This document shows, piece after piece, positions 12,407 through 25,000 of a stretch of DNA of 64,000 nucleotides; within the stretch, counting starts at the first letter, position 1; every line of letters begins with the position of its first letter. Below the pieces are notes generated by a model, which was given only the letters and a program-made list of their open reading frames with translations, was not told the DNA's origin and did not search any database. Origin of the DNA: Lytechinus pictus (lineage: Eukaryota); NCBI RefSeq assembly GCF_037042905.1, contig NC_087252.1, forward strand, positions 23,624,001-23,688,000. The letters are read 5' to 3'. The position numbers and the translations under genes are program-made.

Positions 12407-14007
12407 TATTTTTATTTCCGCCAATTTTTTGTTCCTAGGATAACTCCAGATCGGTTTTGTCAATTTCTTTCAATTTTGGCACAGTCAAAGGTCATTATCA
12501 TAAGACGTGAAAATAACATTTTCAAGGTCATCAGGTCATCGTGACGTCATCCAGGCGCCATTTTGTGAAATCACATTATCAATCATATCTCCATTATCAA
12601 TTATCAAAAATTAATCATATTTACATCACATTAACTTCAGGTCAAGGGTCAACAGTTCATGTCATCAAAAGTCACCTGGTGGTTACGACGCGCGCGTACG
12701 CGCTCGTTAAAATTTCAAATTGCTCAAAATCACTTTTTGACCAAAGTAGAGTACGTTTCAGGTCATTTTAAGCATTTCAAAAATTTGCGCACGCACACGT
12801 ATGCGCGCGCGTTTCCGCGCGTAACGCCTTCAACGCAACGCAGAAACGCCGTTTTTTTTATATCATTGCATTGATAATATAATTCTGAGCAATTTGATAC
12901 ATTCATCAACCTTCTACGACCATTAATAACGAAATTAACACCCGTTAAAGTTTGCAGCACGTGTGTGCGCTAGCTCTTACTATAGGCCATATATGGGCAA
13001 AAACATGCCTATTGAAAATTCACTGAAGCTCTTTAAATAGTGCGTTGACCCCCATTTTTTTTCATATATCGATAGAGTATGAGTTGTAGATTTGATTTCA
13101 TGTCACCATTGTCCCTCAATTTGATCATGACGTCATCATAATGGCGTCGGAAGTTAAAATATCCATTTTCCTTGTTATGACGTCATAATAATTATGCAAA
13201 TTAGGCTTTAACTCCGTGAATATTGGTCAATTTTCGCCCAATTTTCGATATGTTGTAGTTTAGAATGTACTCATTCTCCTTAATAAACATGAATTTTCAT
13301 TTTGAAAAATGCATCATGGCGTAAAATAGCGATCAAAAGAGGCATGTCATTTTTCCTCATTTTGCGTGTAATCTCTATGGGACATGACTTTTTCTAACAA
13401 CTAGATTCTACATCCCTCTATTTCGTGAGCTATATCTCCACTTTCTCTTGTCAGTTGTCTCTGAGCTTTTAGAATGTTGTAGCTGAGATTCTAAGCTTTC
13501 GGAAATGTGCCCTCCATTTTTTGATCAGATGCCGGGATCATGCCCGTTTTTCGCTTGCAAAATTGGATTTGCAATTCTCAAATTTGCTTACGTGTAATCT
13601 CTATGGGGAATGTCGTGGCTCAATGGATAACGCACTTGACTTGCGTTCTCGGGGGCGCAGGTTCGAGTCCTGGGGTAAACAAGATGAGTTTTTTTTCTTT
13701 TTTTTTTCTTTTTTACCACCTCGTACATGATCCTTTATGATAATTAAAAGGTATAAAAGTTAAAATTTTGCAAGATAAAACAGACTATAATTACTTTTTT
13801 CATATCACATGTATTGTCATATATCAAAGAGACCATTTTCACAGTGCTTTATCATCTCCCGACTTTCACAAGTATTCCATCCATAATGAACATTCCGTTG
13901 TCATCATGAAGATCATATTGATCTGCTTGAACATGGTAATAGTGATCATGATGGCGAGAATAAGGACAGACCACCTAATTCGTCCGCATGACGAATTAAA
14001 ATCTAGT
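12308..14007 (+). mobile_element. Helentron/Helitron2-like non-autonomous element B nested in A
   Basis: 5' TTAGGTGGTCTGTC pairs with 3' GACAGACCACCTAA (13965-13978); same hairpin; CTAG at 14003-14006; (ATT)n microsatellite; body homologous to 14010-15635. Confidence 0.7.
13608..13680 (+). pseudogene. tRNA-derived segment (Pol III A/B boxes) inside element B
   Basis: A box TGGCTCAATGG and B box GGTTCGAGTCC at tRNA-like spacing; acceptor and anticodon stems pair poorly. Confidence 0.6.
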
Positions 14008-15240
14008 TTATTTTTCTTTTTCCACCCTTTTCTTGTTCCACCAAAATCAGAAAAACTGTTCTATCAATTTTCATCAAATTATTATCAATTATGCACAGTT
14101 ATCATGCGATGTGTACGAAACAAGTTCTACGTCAAATCGTCATCGTGACGTCATCTACGCGCCATTTAGTAAAATCACATTATCAACAATATCTTCATTA
14201 TCAATCATCAAAAATGAACAATATTAACATGAAATTAACTTCAGATCATGGGTCAACTGTCCATGTGATCAAACGTCATTAACACGTCACGACGCGCATG
14301 TACGAGCGCGTCGAAATTTTAAAATGCTCAAAATCACTTTTTGATCAAAGTAGAGTACGAATCAGGTCATTTGAAGCATTTCAAGAATTTGCGCGCTCAC
14401 GCGTTTTCGCGCGCGTTCACGCGCGTAGCTTCGTTACGCAATGTAGAATCGCCGTTCCTTTTCCGTCAATGCATTTATTATGAAATTCTGATTAATTTGA
14501 TTCCTTGATCAACCTTCTACGACCAGTAGTAAAGGAATTAGCTTCTATCAAAGTTTGAATAACGCGCGCACGCGCGCGTTCACAATAGGCCAAATTTGTG
14601 GAAAAACATGCCTTTAAAAAATTTAATATAACTCTTCAGATAGTCAGTTGACCCTCAAATATTCTTTTATATTCCGATAGAGTATGAATTGTAGATGTGA
14701 TTTCAAGTCACATTGGACCCTAAATTTTATCATGACGTCATCAAAATGGCGTCGGAACTAAAATTTTCCATTTTTGTTTTATGACGTTTTAATAATTTTG
14801 CAAATATGACTATAACTCCGTAAATATTGGTCAATTTTCGCCCAGTTTTTTTATATGTTGTAGCTGAATACATACTCTTTCTAATGTAATGGCTATATTA
14901 ACATTTAAAGGAACGGATCATCCTGAAAAATGGCAAGTTATAGAGGCATGTCATTTTCGCTCATTTTGTGTGCAATCTCTATGGGAAATGACTTTTTCTC
15001 AAAACTGGATTTTACATTCCTCTATTTCGCGAGCCATATCTCCATTTCTGTTCGTCGGTTTTATCGTAGCATGGAGTATAATGTAGCTGAGATTGTAAGC
15101 TATCGCAATCTGGTCTTATTTTTCTGATCAGATGCCGAGTTGATGCCCGTATTTCTCTTGCAAAGTTAGGTTTGAGATCCTCTCAATTTGCTTATGTGTA
15201 AAGTCTATGGGAAATAGTGCTTATGTGTATTAGTCTATAG

Positions 15241-15315
15241 GAAATAGTGTAGCTCAGTTGATAAGGCACCAGACTTGCGTCCTTAGGGTCGATGGTTCGA
15301 GCCCAGGGGTGAATA
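15241..15315 (+). pseudogene. tRNA-derived segment (Pol III A/B boxes) inside element A
   Basis: A box TAGCTCAGTTG and B box GGTTCGAGCCC; homologous to 13608-13680, including the GACTTGCGT loop region. Confidence 0.6.
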
Positions 15316-16330
15316 TGAGAATTTTTTTTATTTTTTTTAATTTTCAACATTTCACAAATGGTCCTTTATGACCATTACAAGGTATATATTGCACAATAAA
15401 ATAGTTTAAAAACCCTTTTATTATAACTTGTACATATACCATGTGTAACACGTATTTCACAAAACTTTTCATTTCCCTCTTTTCAAGGATATTCAACATG
15501 TTCTCTTCGTAATAAAAGTTCAGTTTTCAATATGATCATCATATTGATCTCAATAAACATGGTGATTGTATTCGTGATCATGAAAATCAGAGACAGATCA
15601 CCTAATTCGTCCTCATGACGAATTAAAGTTCTAGTTATTATTCAAGCTGATTAGTGTGTCAAAACAACAGTGTCGAACTACAGAGTAAAAATGTCCCATC
15701 AGTTCTCTTGTATGAAGTATGAACATTTAATAATTGATTTATTGATGTAACCTGGTAGATTTATCTTCCCTGGATATTTAGGTACCATTTCCATATGGAT
15801 TTTCTCATGCACGACTGATTACCAGACAATCCCCAAAAGGTTGTAAAATCTCAGTTGCACCGAGTTGCTGGGTGAAGAATCAAACAAAGTGAGAACAAAG
15901 GTAAATGTATTCACGCAGAAAGACGCGTCCCCATAATTCCACCCCCACACACACAACAACTCATAACACATTACCTGTCTTCATACCATTGGTCCATGTT
16001 CATACCCACTTCATACGACACATTATAGCTTCATGATCAATTCATAAAGCATTTACTTTTCCCCATTCTCTTTATTTCATTGGTTATGTCTTTTGTTGAT
16101 CAACAATGGCCACGTACGTCCCATCGTTTAACTTAAAAAAAGGCTACCCTGATTTGGAAGTAGTTGCTTATGTTGAGCCATTCACAAGTGTATGTGGATG
16201 TGGATGCTGGCGGTGCGTGGGAGAGATGATGTGTTGTGTGTGTGTGGATGGGTGTGTTTGTGTGTATCATGAATCATTTACACCGAAATAAAGGCCTTGT
16301 TTGAAATATAAATTGCTTTTACATACATGA

Positions 16331-16336
16331 TTTATT
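16331..16336 (-). terminator. Candidate distal polyadenylation signal (AATAAA) of the VLIG transcript
   Basis: TTTATT on + strand at the left edge of a long AT-rich, largely repeat-free stretch downstream of the VLIG stop; many other AATAAA candidates exist. Confidence 0.2.
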
Positions 16337-18108
16337 AATTTAATCCATCAACATTTTTATACAAAATACACCGATTTTATCTCATACGCTGAAACATTTA
16401 TGACAACAAAGCCATACCGAAAATAACATTTTTATGGAATACAGAATTTTCTTCTTTGATTTATTACATTATTCTATAATAATCACGTTTACAATAAAGA
16501 AAAGAGTGAATAACGTTTGATACTCGGTGAATTCTTTCAAAACATGCTAAACAATCACAATTTAGAACTCAAAATGAGTCTTTCTTCATGTTATCATAAC
16601 ATATTATATTCACAAAGTTTCTTATATACATGTACTAATGGGGCTATGAATTATTGGTGAGCATTATTACCCCTATTTGAACCACAAGAGGGGTAAGGTG
16701 GTCACTTATTCGGTATTCTTGTAAGTTTATAAATAAATAAAAGCTTAATTATTTACAGGAATATACGAAAAGCGGCGGAAGTGTCTTTAAAATCCTGACT
16801 TGTGTACATCTCAAACAGTTTTTCTGTCCAAAGGTTATATACATTAAAATAGATTATATACAATATAATACAATTATTCTGACAATGTTGGCAGAAAGAA
16901 GTATATAAGAGAAGAGCCCAGATACATGAAATATTTTAAACAGGGTTTAACAAATAAAATGACAAATGAATAGTAAAGCATAACTCATTTGAATAATTTC
17001 ATTACAATAAATCACATCCATAGTAGTACACTGATTTTTTTCTAAGTTGAGATCTCATTTCATGGCATTTAAACAGTTCCCATGACATATATATACAAGC
17101 AGATGAGGTCAATAACTGACCGAAATTATAAAACCTAAGGATTTCAGCTGAAGTTGTTCGAATAGGATCTGAACACAATTTGTGAAAAAATGTAAACATA
17201 AGTCATAATATACTCCACTCGTTCGCTTTCGTGTTATTGAAAGAGAAATCGGGGATTTCAACGTACGGTTTCTCATTTATCCGAACCCATGTTATACCAC
17301 CTACCTAATAATATATATATATTTTTTTTACAAATTATTGACACTTTTTCGAAAAAACAAAACGTGGTAAAAAAAAATACTTAAACATTATAATTATGAT
17401 AATCTATGAACTCAAAGAATTAGTTTTGATTGGATAAATTATCTTATCACTAGGCCTAAAGCTTAAATAATCCGAACATTCATTTTATTTGTGTAGTTAG
17501 TTAGCTATTGCGCATGAAATTGGTATTACTATCAGTGTACATTCTGGATATCAACGGAGCCCTCCATTCCTCTAAAACAAATACATATATAAGCAAAAAC
17601 AGGACGACAAACTCACATACAAAAATGACTTACCAAATTCACATAGACCATGCACATAGACTTATAATACAAAAATATACATATTGAACACCGATATAAC
17701 AATGGGACCAAAATATTATACAAACGTCATTAACAACGTTTTTTTTTTAATATTAAAGTTATGGGCCTACAGACTTTTAGACGAAAAGATATGAAATATA
17801 TACGAAAATGGGGAGAGGAAAAGGGGAGAATACTAATAGTCTACACCGTCGATCTCTAACTCGGTACATCATTCTGAATTAACTTAAAAAAAACTTATTT
17901 CTGGTAGAGAGTCGTGCGAGCAAATCGCACTGTGATTATCATCTTATGAGTGCTCCCTAGTCTATTCTTGTTCAAAATGACACTAATTATTCTATATGAA
18001 CACATTCATCATTGATTATCCTGTGAACAGCTTGTAAAGCAAACATTATTTATCATAATACCATCTATACCACATAATCATTACGGTCATTATCTTGTTG
18101 CAGTCTAA

Positions 18109-18243
18109 TACACAAAATATGAAACAGCAAAGAAATAATTATACACAACTAAATTTTCATATAATTATACACATATACACAAAATACGAAATACCAAAGA
18201 AATAATTATACACAACTAAATTTTCATATAATTATACACATAT
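18109..18243. repeat. Tandem duplication, 67-bp period
   Basis: CAAAGAAATAATTATACACAACTAAATTTTCATATAATTATACACATAT at 18128 and 18195. Confidence 0.85.
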
Positions 18244-20199
18244 TTAATGCAAAGCAGTATACACTTGAATAAAAAAATCTTCCATCATTCACCAAGAGCA
18301 TATGGCACACTAATTACTATCTTAGCTTCCTTCTTGATCGAAAGGACACTTCAATATTGATAAATTTAAAATATATCATTACCTCGGGAACAACTTCATA
18401 CAAGCATTTGTTAATGAATTTGTCATCAATAACTTATTTTCATGCATATACATATACATACTGTCGACAATATTATTGGTAAAAGAGAAAATGATCTCCT
18501 TGGAAAAGGGATCACAATACGAATAGCCGCTTATCAGTTAATGCAGCCTGTAATAGTGAAATAACTCTTCCAAATCAATTAAATACATAGTTATTATCTA
18601 AAGAATACATTCAATAAACAGATAATTAATGCTACTGGAGTACAATTAAGCACATTAATGATAATAAAAACACATTGACATATTTGTGTGCATGTATACA
18701 CTACGAAAACAGTTTAGTCATTTTCATTATATTCTTGCATGGGTTTTTTTCAGTGAGTTTTGAAGGAGCTGACTGAATTTTTCTGTTTGATATTTTCTGG
18801 TAAAGCATTCAACATGTCAGATCTACAATGTTTTATCGACCTTTTCTCGTATTATGTATGAAATTAAGTCAAGTAACAAATATGTATTGACAAGGCAAAC
18901 AATAAAACTTGAATATATGACTAAACAGACACAAGAATAGAGATACACTTCATGCTATTTAGTAAAAATTAGCAAACCTGAATAAGACTATTATCTATTC
19001 ATAATTGCCACCAAACGACATATTGATACATGAAATTTTATGGTTTCTTAGGTGTGTACAATGTCTATACAACGATGGGGGAGTCTTTATTCTACATTTT
19101 CTTATACATATAAATATACAATGCAATTTTACATAACAGATGAAAACATCTCTCAGTTGAAAAAAAACATAAACATGTTCAAAGATCATGATGGTTCTAA
19201 TGTGGGCAAAGAAATAATAACACTCATAAATGACACTTATTTTCTAAATTTGTCGATAAATCGTGATCGATAAGATGATCAATTAATAAATTACGGAATA
19301 TACATCTATAAACATCGTATGTCAATTATGTCAATGAAAAGAACATGATCGGTGCAGTAATTATTTGATTGTTGCACAACACACATATCAATATGTTGAT
19401 AAAAAAGAGGATGGTTGGTATCATAATGACTTAATAGATTACACACTATGCAAGTATAAATTTACAAACTTTGAATAAAATGATTTTTTTTCCATTGTCA
19501 GAACACAATTGGCGTGATTATGAACGATGAAATCTCGCAAAATATATTTTGCTGGATCAGCAATACCCCCAAAAAATGTATAACTTAATTTAATAGTATT
19601 GTACAATCGGTTATTGGAGTTTCAGTTTCTCGTTTAAATTGATCTGTGAATTGCCAATTAAAATACAATTTAATATAATTCAATATCTCATCTAAATAGC
19701 TTTCATTATTCAAGGCTTCAAATATCACAGCACTAAACAACGTAATATTAACATAATATAACATCATGATATAAGCCTAATGTAGCAAAGCGTAGTATAC
19801 GGCTCAATAAAGCGTGCTAATATCGAAATGCATTGAAATTATAACAAAATAATATACTTCTAAGAACATGGCCTTCAGCAAGTTCTGAAAAACTTGCAAG
19901 GCTAATCTCCATGTTTGGAGCATGTTTCACACACGCGAGTGAGGGAGGGTGCAATGGATAAGGATCTGCCACCTTGTACGGTCAATAATCCTTGGAACAG
20001 ATACGAAAGTTGGAACCTTGCTGGAACGAAGACCTTGCATTTAACTCTGATATGGAATGATCAGGTCTTTTAGATAGGAATGAGTATTATTTAAAGACGT
20101 TTGTAGATAACTATTGTTGTTTTATTTATTACAATTTGTAAAACGGTGGATTGTCATGCACATTCATGCACGGTGTACTTTTATAGAACATATCATCCG

Positions 20200-20550
20200 T
20201 ATATAATATAAGACGACATGGCCATATGACGATGCTACTGTATGGACAGTTGTAGAAAGTGCGCCATAATCAGGGAAGACCTCTCAAGAGGTGTAAAGAC
20301 ACTCGTAGGACAACCGTTAAGAAAACTGAAACCTCATTGCAGACTCTTGGGAAGGAACAACCCACGAGGCTAGCTCTTTGAAAAGAACAAAATTTGTACA
20401 AGGCATGAGGGACTTTGACACCAATAGAGCAGCTGCCATCCAGTCAAAGAAGGAGAGGAGACACAGCCTATCTTTGGATTCTTTCCCTTGTAGCTGCTGT
20501 TATGTCAGTATGCATCGCGAATTGGACTTAAATCTCAAATGAGACCTATT
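20200..20550 (+). mobile_element. Degenerate RTE-clade LINE 3' fragment
   Basis: Frameshifted translation gives MLLYGQL...NQGRPLKRCKD and FPCSCC...SRIGLKS.MR, typical of the RTE ORF C-terminus and zinc finger. Confidence 0.55.
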
Positions 20551-22016
20551 TCGGCAAAAATAATTATCTGCTTCCTCATCTGTCGCAAAAGATTTCATAA
20601 CTTTGAGAGTCAACATAGTAAATGATGTCTGTCATTCCCTGCTTCGCTCGCACTGAGGCCATTATTAGTTTACATTCTTGTAGACTTGTAACGAATCATT
20701 TACATTGAAATATTTTTTTTCTACTGTACTGTGTCATATTTTACGTTTTGTTTATTTTATGTGTATTCGTATATATTGTTTTATGCATTTTCTACTGTAT
20801 TGATGATAATCCCAAAATGTGGATTTTTTCAATAAATTGAACTGATTTTATTTTATTATCCTAAGTTCTCCTGTTGATATATCATGATATTCTCCACATA
20901 CTTCATCTGTTCATTCGTTTCAGTCTCCCGAACTTCATGTACACAATTCAAAGTGGTTTTGAAGCGTCACATGATTAGTTTGCATTGAGGTGTGGACTCT
21001 TCCGTCTTTCGGACTTTGTCACCTCTTTAATCAACTGGTAAAGATGCGACAGCCATAGTAGCAGTGGTAATAGCAGTAGTAATTTCCATAATTTACTAGC
21101 CAAATTCTTTGGTAGCTCCTCTAGCAATCATTTAGGTGAGTGTGTGCATATTTGTAACGAATCTTGCAGCTGTTCAGCCGTACAATTTGCCGCTAAGGAA
21201 TTGTTGATGATAGAAAATTACATGTGCTTCCATCATGTCCCCGGTAGCTCCTCAGTAGTTATTTCCGTCACTGTGCATGCTTGTTTATAATGAATCTCGC
21301 CAGCTATTCACCACTGTCATTTAGTAATAACCTGATGACGAATGATTACTTCCCTGAAGCAATAATGTATGATGTGGTGACCTAGGACCATAGATTCGTT
21401 AATATTTTCTTAAACGAGAAAGGTCACAATTCCCTCAGCTCTGTAGTCAGCCATATCCTAGCATAGTATTCGACTCTGTTCTCTGTAGAGGCCTTCATTT
21501 CTCTTCCGACTCGGTTGGGGAGAGGAGAAACCAAATGCTGGATCCGGGAGAAAATCACTGAAGGCAAATGTCAGCTAATGCAGCTGAATAAGAGAAACTC
21601 TTCAAATACAGCCATTGGAAAAGGCGACCAGATAGCCTAGTCCAGGAAGGAAAGGCCGGGCTAGGTCAGTGGAAGACATGGCGGATATCAAATGGACGGG
21701 GTGGGGATGACCGTGGCAAAGGAAATGCATACATGATAATGCCAATAGTTCATTGATGATTATGGCAACACAGCAGTATATAGAAGAACTTGGGTCTGCT
21801 ACACTCGTCATTCTGCGAATGTTAAAGCCTATAGTAGTAATCTCGTTTAATGTTTAAACAAATATTTTAGAGGAAATTTAACATAACCCGATCGATGTAT
21901 ACACTGAAACATTCTTGAAAACGAAAAGAGAATATCAAGTGTACGTATTCAATGTGCCGTTGACCTCTGTATTCGTAACATTGTTCAATGTACCACACCC
22001 TCCTTGGTGACAATTT

Positions 22017-25000
22017 CTAATGATGGATTGTTTTTAGGTCAGCTAGGGCTTCCTTCTTTGTTATTGACCTCCACGAAGGAGGTACGTCAGCGAATGAATC
22101 ACTGTACAATTTGTAGTTTGCCATAACCCACATCCAATATTTGGACATACTGTTGGTGGAATCAGGAGCTATGTCCCATTCCGGAAGGTAAGTCTTGTAT
22201 TCTGGATATTTGTGGTAGACGATATTCATGCCAGTAGCTGAACACTTGCCGGAATCTCGACACTTGAAGTCACAAGCGTCACAGCCGAACTCCATGTCCT
22301 TCCCCTGTATGATATAGTTACAGGTCTGATTAAGCAGCTGGTTTTTGCCGGTTTTCACCCCAGCAAAAATACGTACTCCAAGAAGTCCCCTTGGTCTGTG
22401 CTGAACACATGTGTGCCTCCTCCCATATAATGAAAAATGTCTAGGTGTGTTGTCTACACAAGGCGAGTGACAGAATGGGCATTGTTCAGGACATCCCCAG
22501 ATCTTGTCAATAATTAGCAGTGATGGAGGTTTCCCATCCCAGTCAACAGAGTTTTCGGTTTCAATGGCAAAGGTATCTTGAAGACTAACTTGGATTTGAC
22601 CCAGCTGGTTTAGGACAATCCTTGTCAGATTGTCGAAATTCACCACTAATCGATCACTAACAAATGTCAGGGTACTGACTGGCACTACTATCTCCTCCGA
22701 TGCACTCTGACAGAACTTTTCAATCCACCGTTCCATCCTCCTGTCTCTTTGTCCCTCGACATCAGCAGTAGCATTCTCAACACTTTGGGTAATACATCGT
22801 ATGATCCTTGCAATATGACTGTTGGCTATTTCCGCATACCTGGACATGCCATTAACACCTTGTCTCGAAAACATCTTCTTATTTGTGTACCTAGTAATCC
22901 ATGTCAAAGCAAACCATTTGCCGTCATTGAAGTAAGCTTTATATTCCCTGAAACTTTCGTTATCAGCTAGGTCTTCCAACATTTTTACGAGCAGGTAGTA
23001 TTTGGTCATCTGAAAGTCTCTGAGAACTTCATCAATGCATTTTCTTGGAATTGCCTTCTTTACTGCCTTTTGAACAACTCCCTTCAAATGTGTGCATAAG
23101 AGGTCGCCTGCAAGGACCTCTTCATTGCTCTGCTTGACTTTGTTCTTGAAAAGACTCCGGGCGGTATTCTTGTAGACTTGTAGCTTGGCCTTCACACCAT
23201 GTTTGTTGTTATACTTTAATTGCATCGAGCTGAAAACCTGGACACAGTGACGACTTACATGAACTGCTAATTTAACGGCATATCCAGGAATAATCGTGAA
23301 ATTGTAGTCATTGGAAACATATGCATTCTGATTGAAAGTTTCAATTTTCTCCACGAGTATTTTTACGACATATGCGGCATGCGTTTTCCGGAATTTCATG
23401 TCCTGATTAGAAATGTTTTTTAAATAAATATCAATCTCCTCCAGGATACTTCTTGTCATCACCAATGTCATCTGTCTTGCAGCCTCTAGTTCTCGGTTCC
23501 TTTCATCAGCCAGGTTTTCGATATTTTTCAACAAGGATGTTTTCAAAGTGACATGTTCCTGTCTAACATCATCTAGAGTGATACTGCTTTCTAAAGATGT
23601 CTGCTCAAGTGGAATATTCAAAGAATGGCGCTTCAGCTCTTCTCTAAGTAAAGCTCCATGTGCATGAAATCTTTGGAAAAGAATCCCCTCCATCACTAAA
23701 TCCATTTGCAGCTCCTTGTCCTCGGTATTTGGGGCAAGTTCGTTTACCATTGACAACCACATGGTATCAAACTTTTTTTCCTGTTCGGGATCAGTCACTT
23801 CTTTACCTTTCATTTCTTCTGCCAGTTTCACTGCTCTGTTCATGATATACGCCTCATGCTTTGACCACTTCTGAGTATGCATTATCTCCACTCGGCGTGC
23901 TTCTTTGATTGAACGCAGATCCACCTCGCCCTCATTTTGTTGTTGCTCAACTGCAAAGTTCAGTTGGTTCAGCTTGAACTGCTGCCATTGGATAGTTATG
24001 TCCCGCAAGTTGCAAATATTAAAGTATTCCTTCAAATAATATTTGGTTTTTTCAGCTTTTTTGGTCAGAACTTTAGAGAGTTCGACCGTGAGCGACAGGA
24101 AGGAGCTTTCTAGGTCATCGATAGATTCACATATCTCTAACTTTAACCCTGCAAAGTGTAGCCATGATTTCATTGAGTTTTGCAAATCCCATTCCAAAGT
24201 GTAGTATTTGGATTGCAAACTGTTGTAGGCTTTCACCTCAAGACTGTTGCAAAAGCTAAAGACGAAATCATCAGCAAGCACGCCATTCCATAGATCTGCA
24301 AGGCGAATCGACAGATCTGAAGAAGTCAGAAATGTTGTCTGCCTCTTTGCAATCTCCTCGAAAAGGTTTAACCTGAGCGCATCTACCTTTTCACTGTAAC
24401 CAGGATTTGCAGGGGCCATTGGTGGATTGCCATGCCACAGATCAGGGAAGTACCAGACATGAGTTTTGACGCCAAAATTGATCATCTGTGAGAAGCTATG
24501 AATATTTGCTATGTTCTCACTGAGGGCTGCTTCCTTGGTCATTTCATTCAAACTCTCCTCTAATTTATGATGTCCATGTATCATAAGTTCTTCTGCATTA
24601 GGTGATGGGACATTCTGATGAACAAATATGCAAGTTCTGTGATCTTGTACTCGTTTACTGACAAGATTCATCCTTAAGAACGCATGCATTGCAATTTGAA
24701 GAATGTATTTAATTTCGGCTGTGTTTTCTCCTTTGATATTAATCATGGTCACATCTCCCAGACCAATTACGAAAGTTACCAGCTCATTATCATGCTCGTA
24801 CATAAGTTGTTGTAGTTCTGGTGCCCGAAGCCCCTCTGTATCTATAACAACAACATAATCAAAAGGCAGATCAGCGTTCCCCTCTACAGGGATGATTTGC
24901 ATGTATGCTCCCCTCGTGCATCTACCTGCACTTACTGCGAACTGCAATCCAAACATAGTGTTCAGAAGTGTAGATTTCCCAGAGCTCTGGATGCCCAAGA

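Larger units (their letters stand above)
12221..15635 (+). mobile_element. Helentron/Helitron2-like non-autonomous element A (host of nested copy B)
   Basis: 5' subTIR TTAGGTGATCTGTC within a 28-bp palindrome (12223-12250); 3' subTIR GACAGATCACCTAA at 15592; hairpin TAATTCGTC-n5-GACGAATTA; CTAG at 15631-15634; T-rich flanks. Confidence 0.7.

Noticed and set aside
13608..13680. Functional tRNA gene
   Set aside because: Acceptor and anticodon stems do not pair, and it is embedded in a repeat.
21590..21780. Second RTE-like 3' fragment
   Set aside because: Only vague similarity (QEGK...KTW...KWTG); too degenerate to support.
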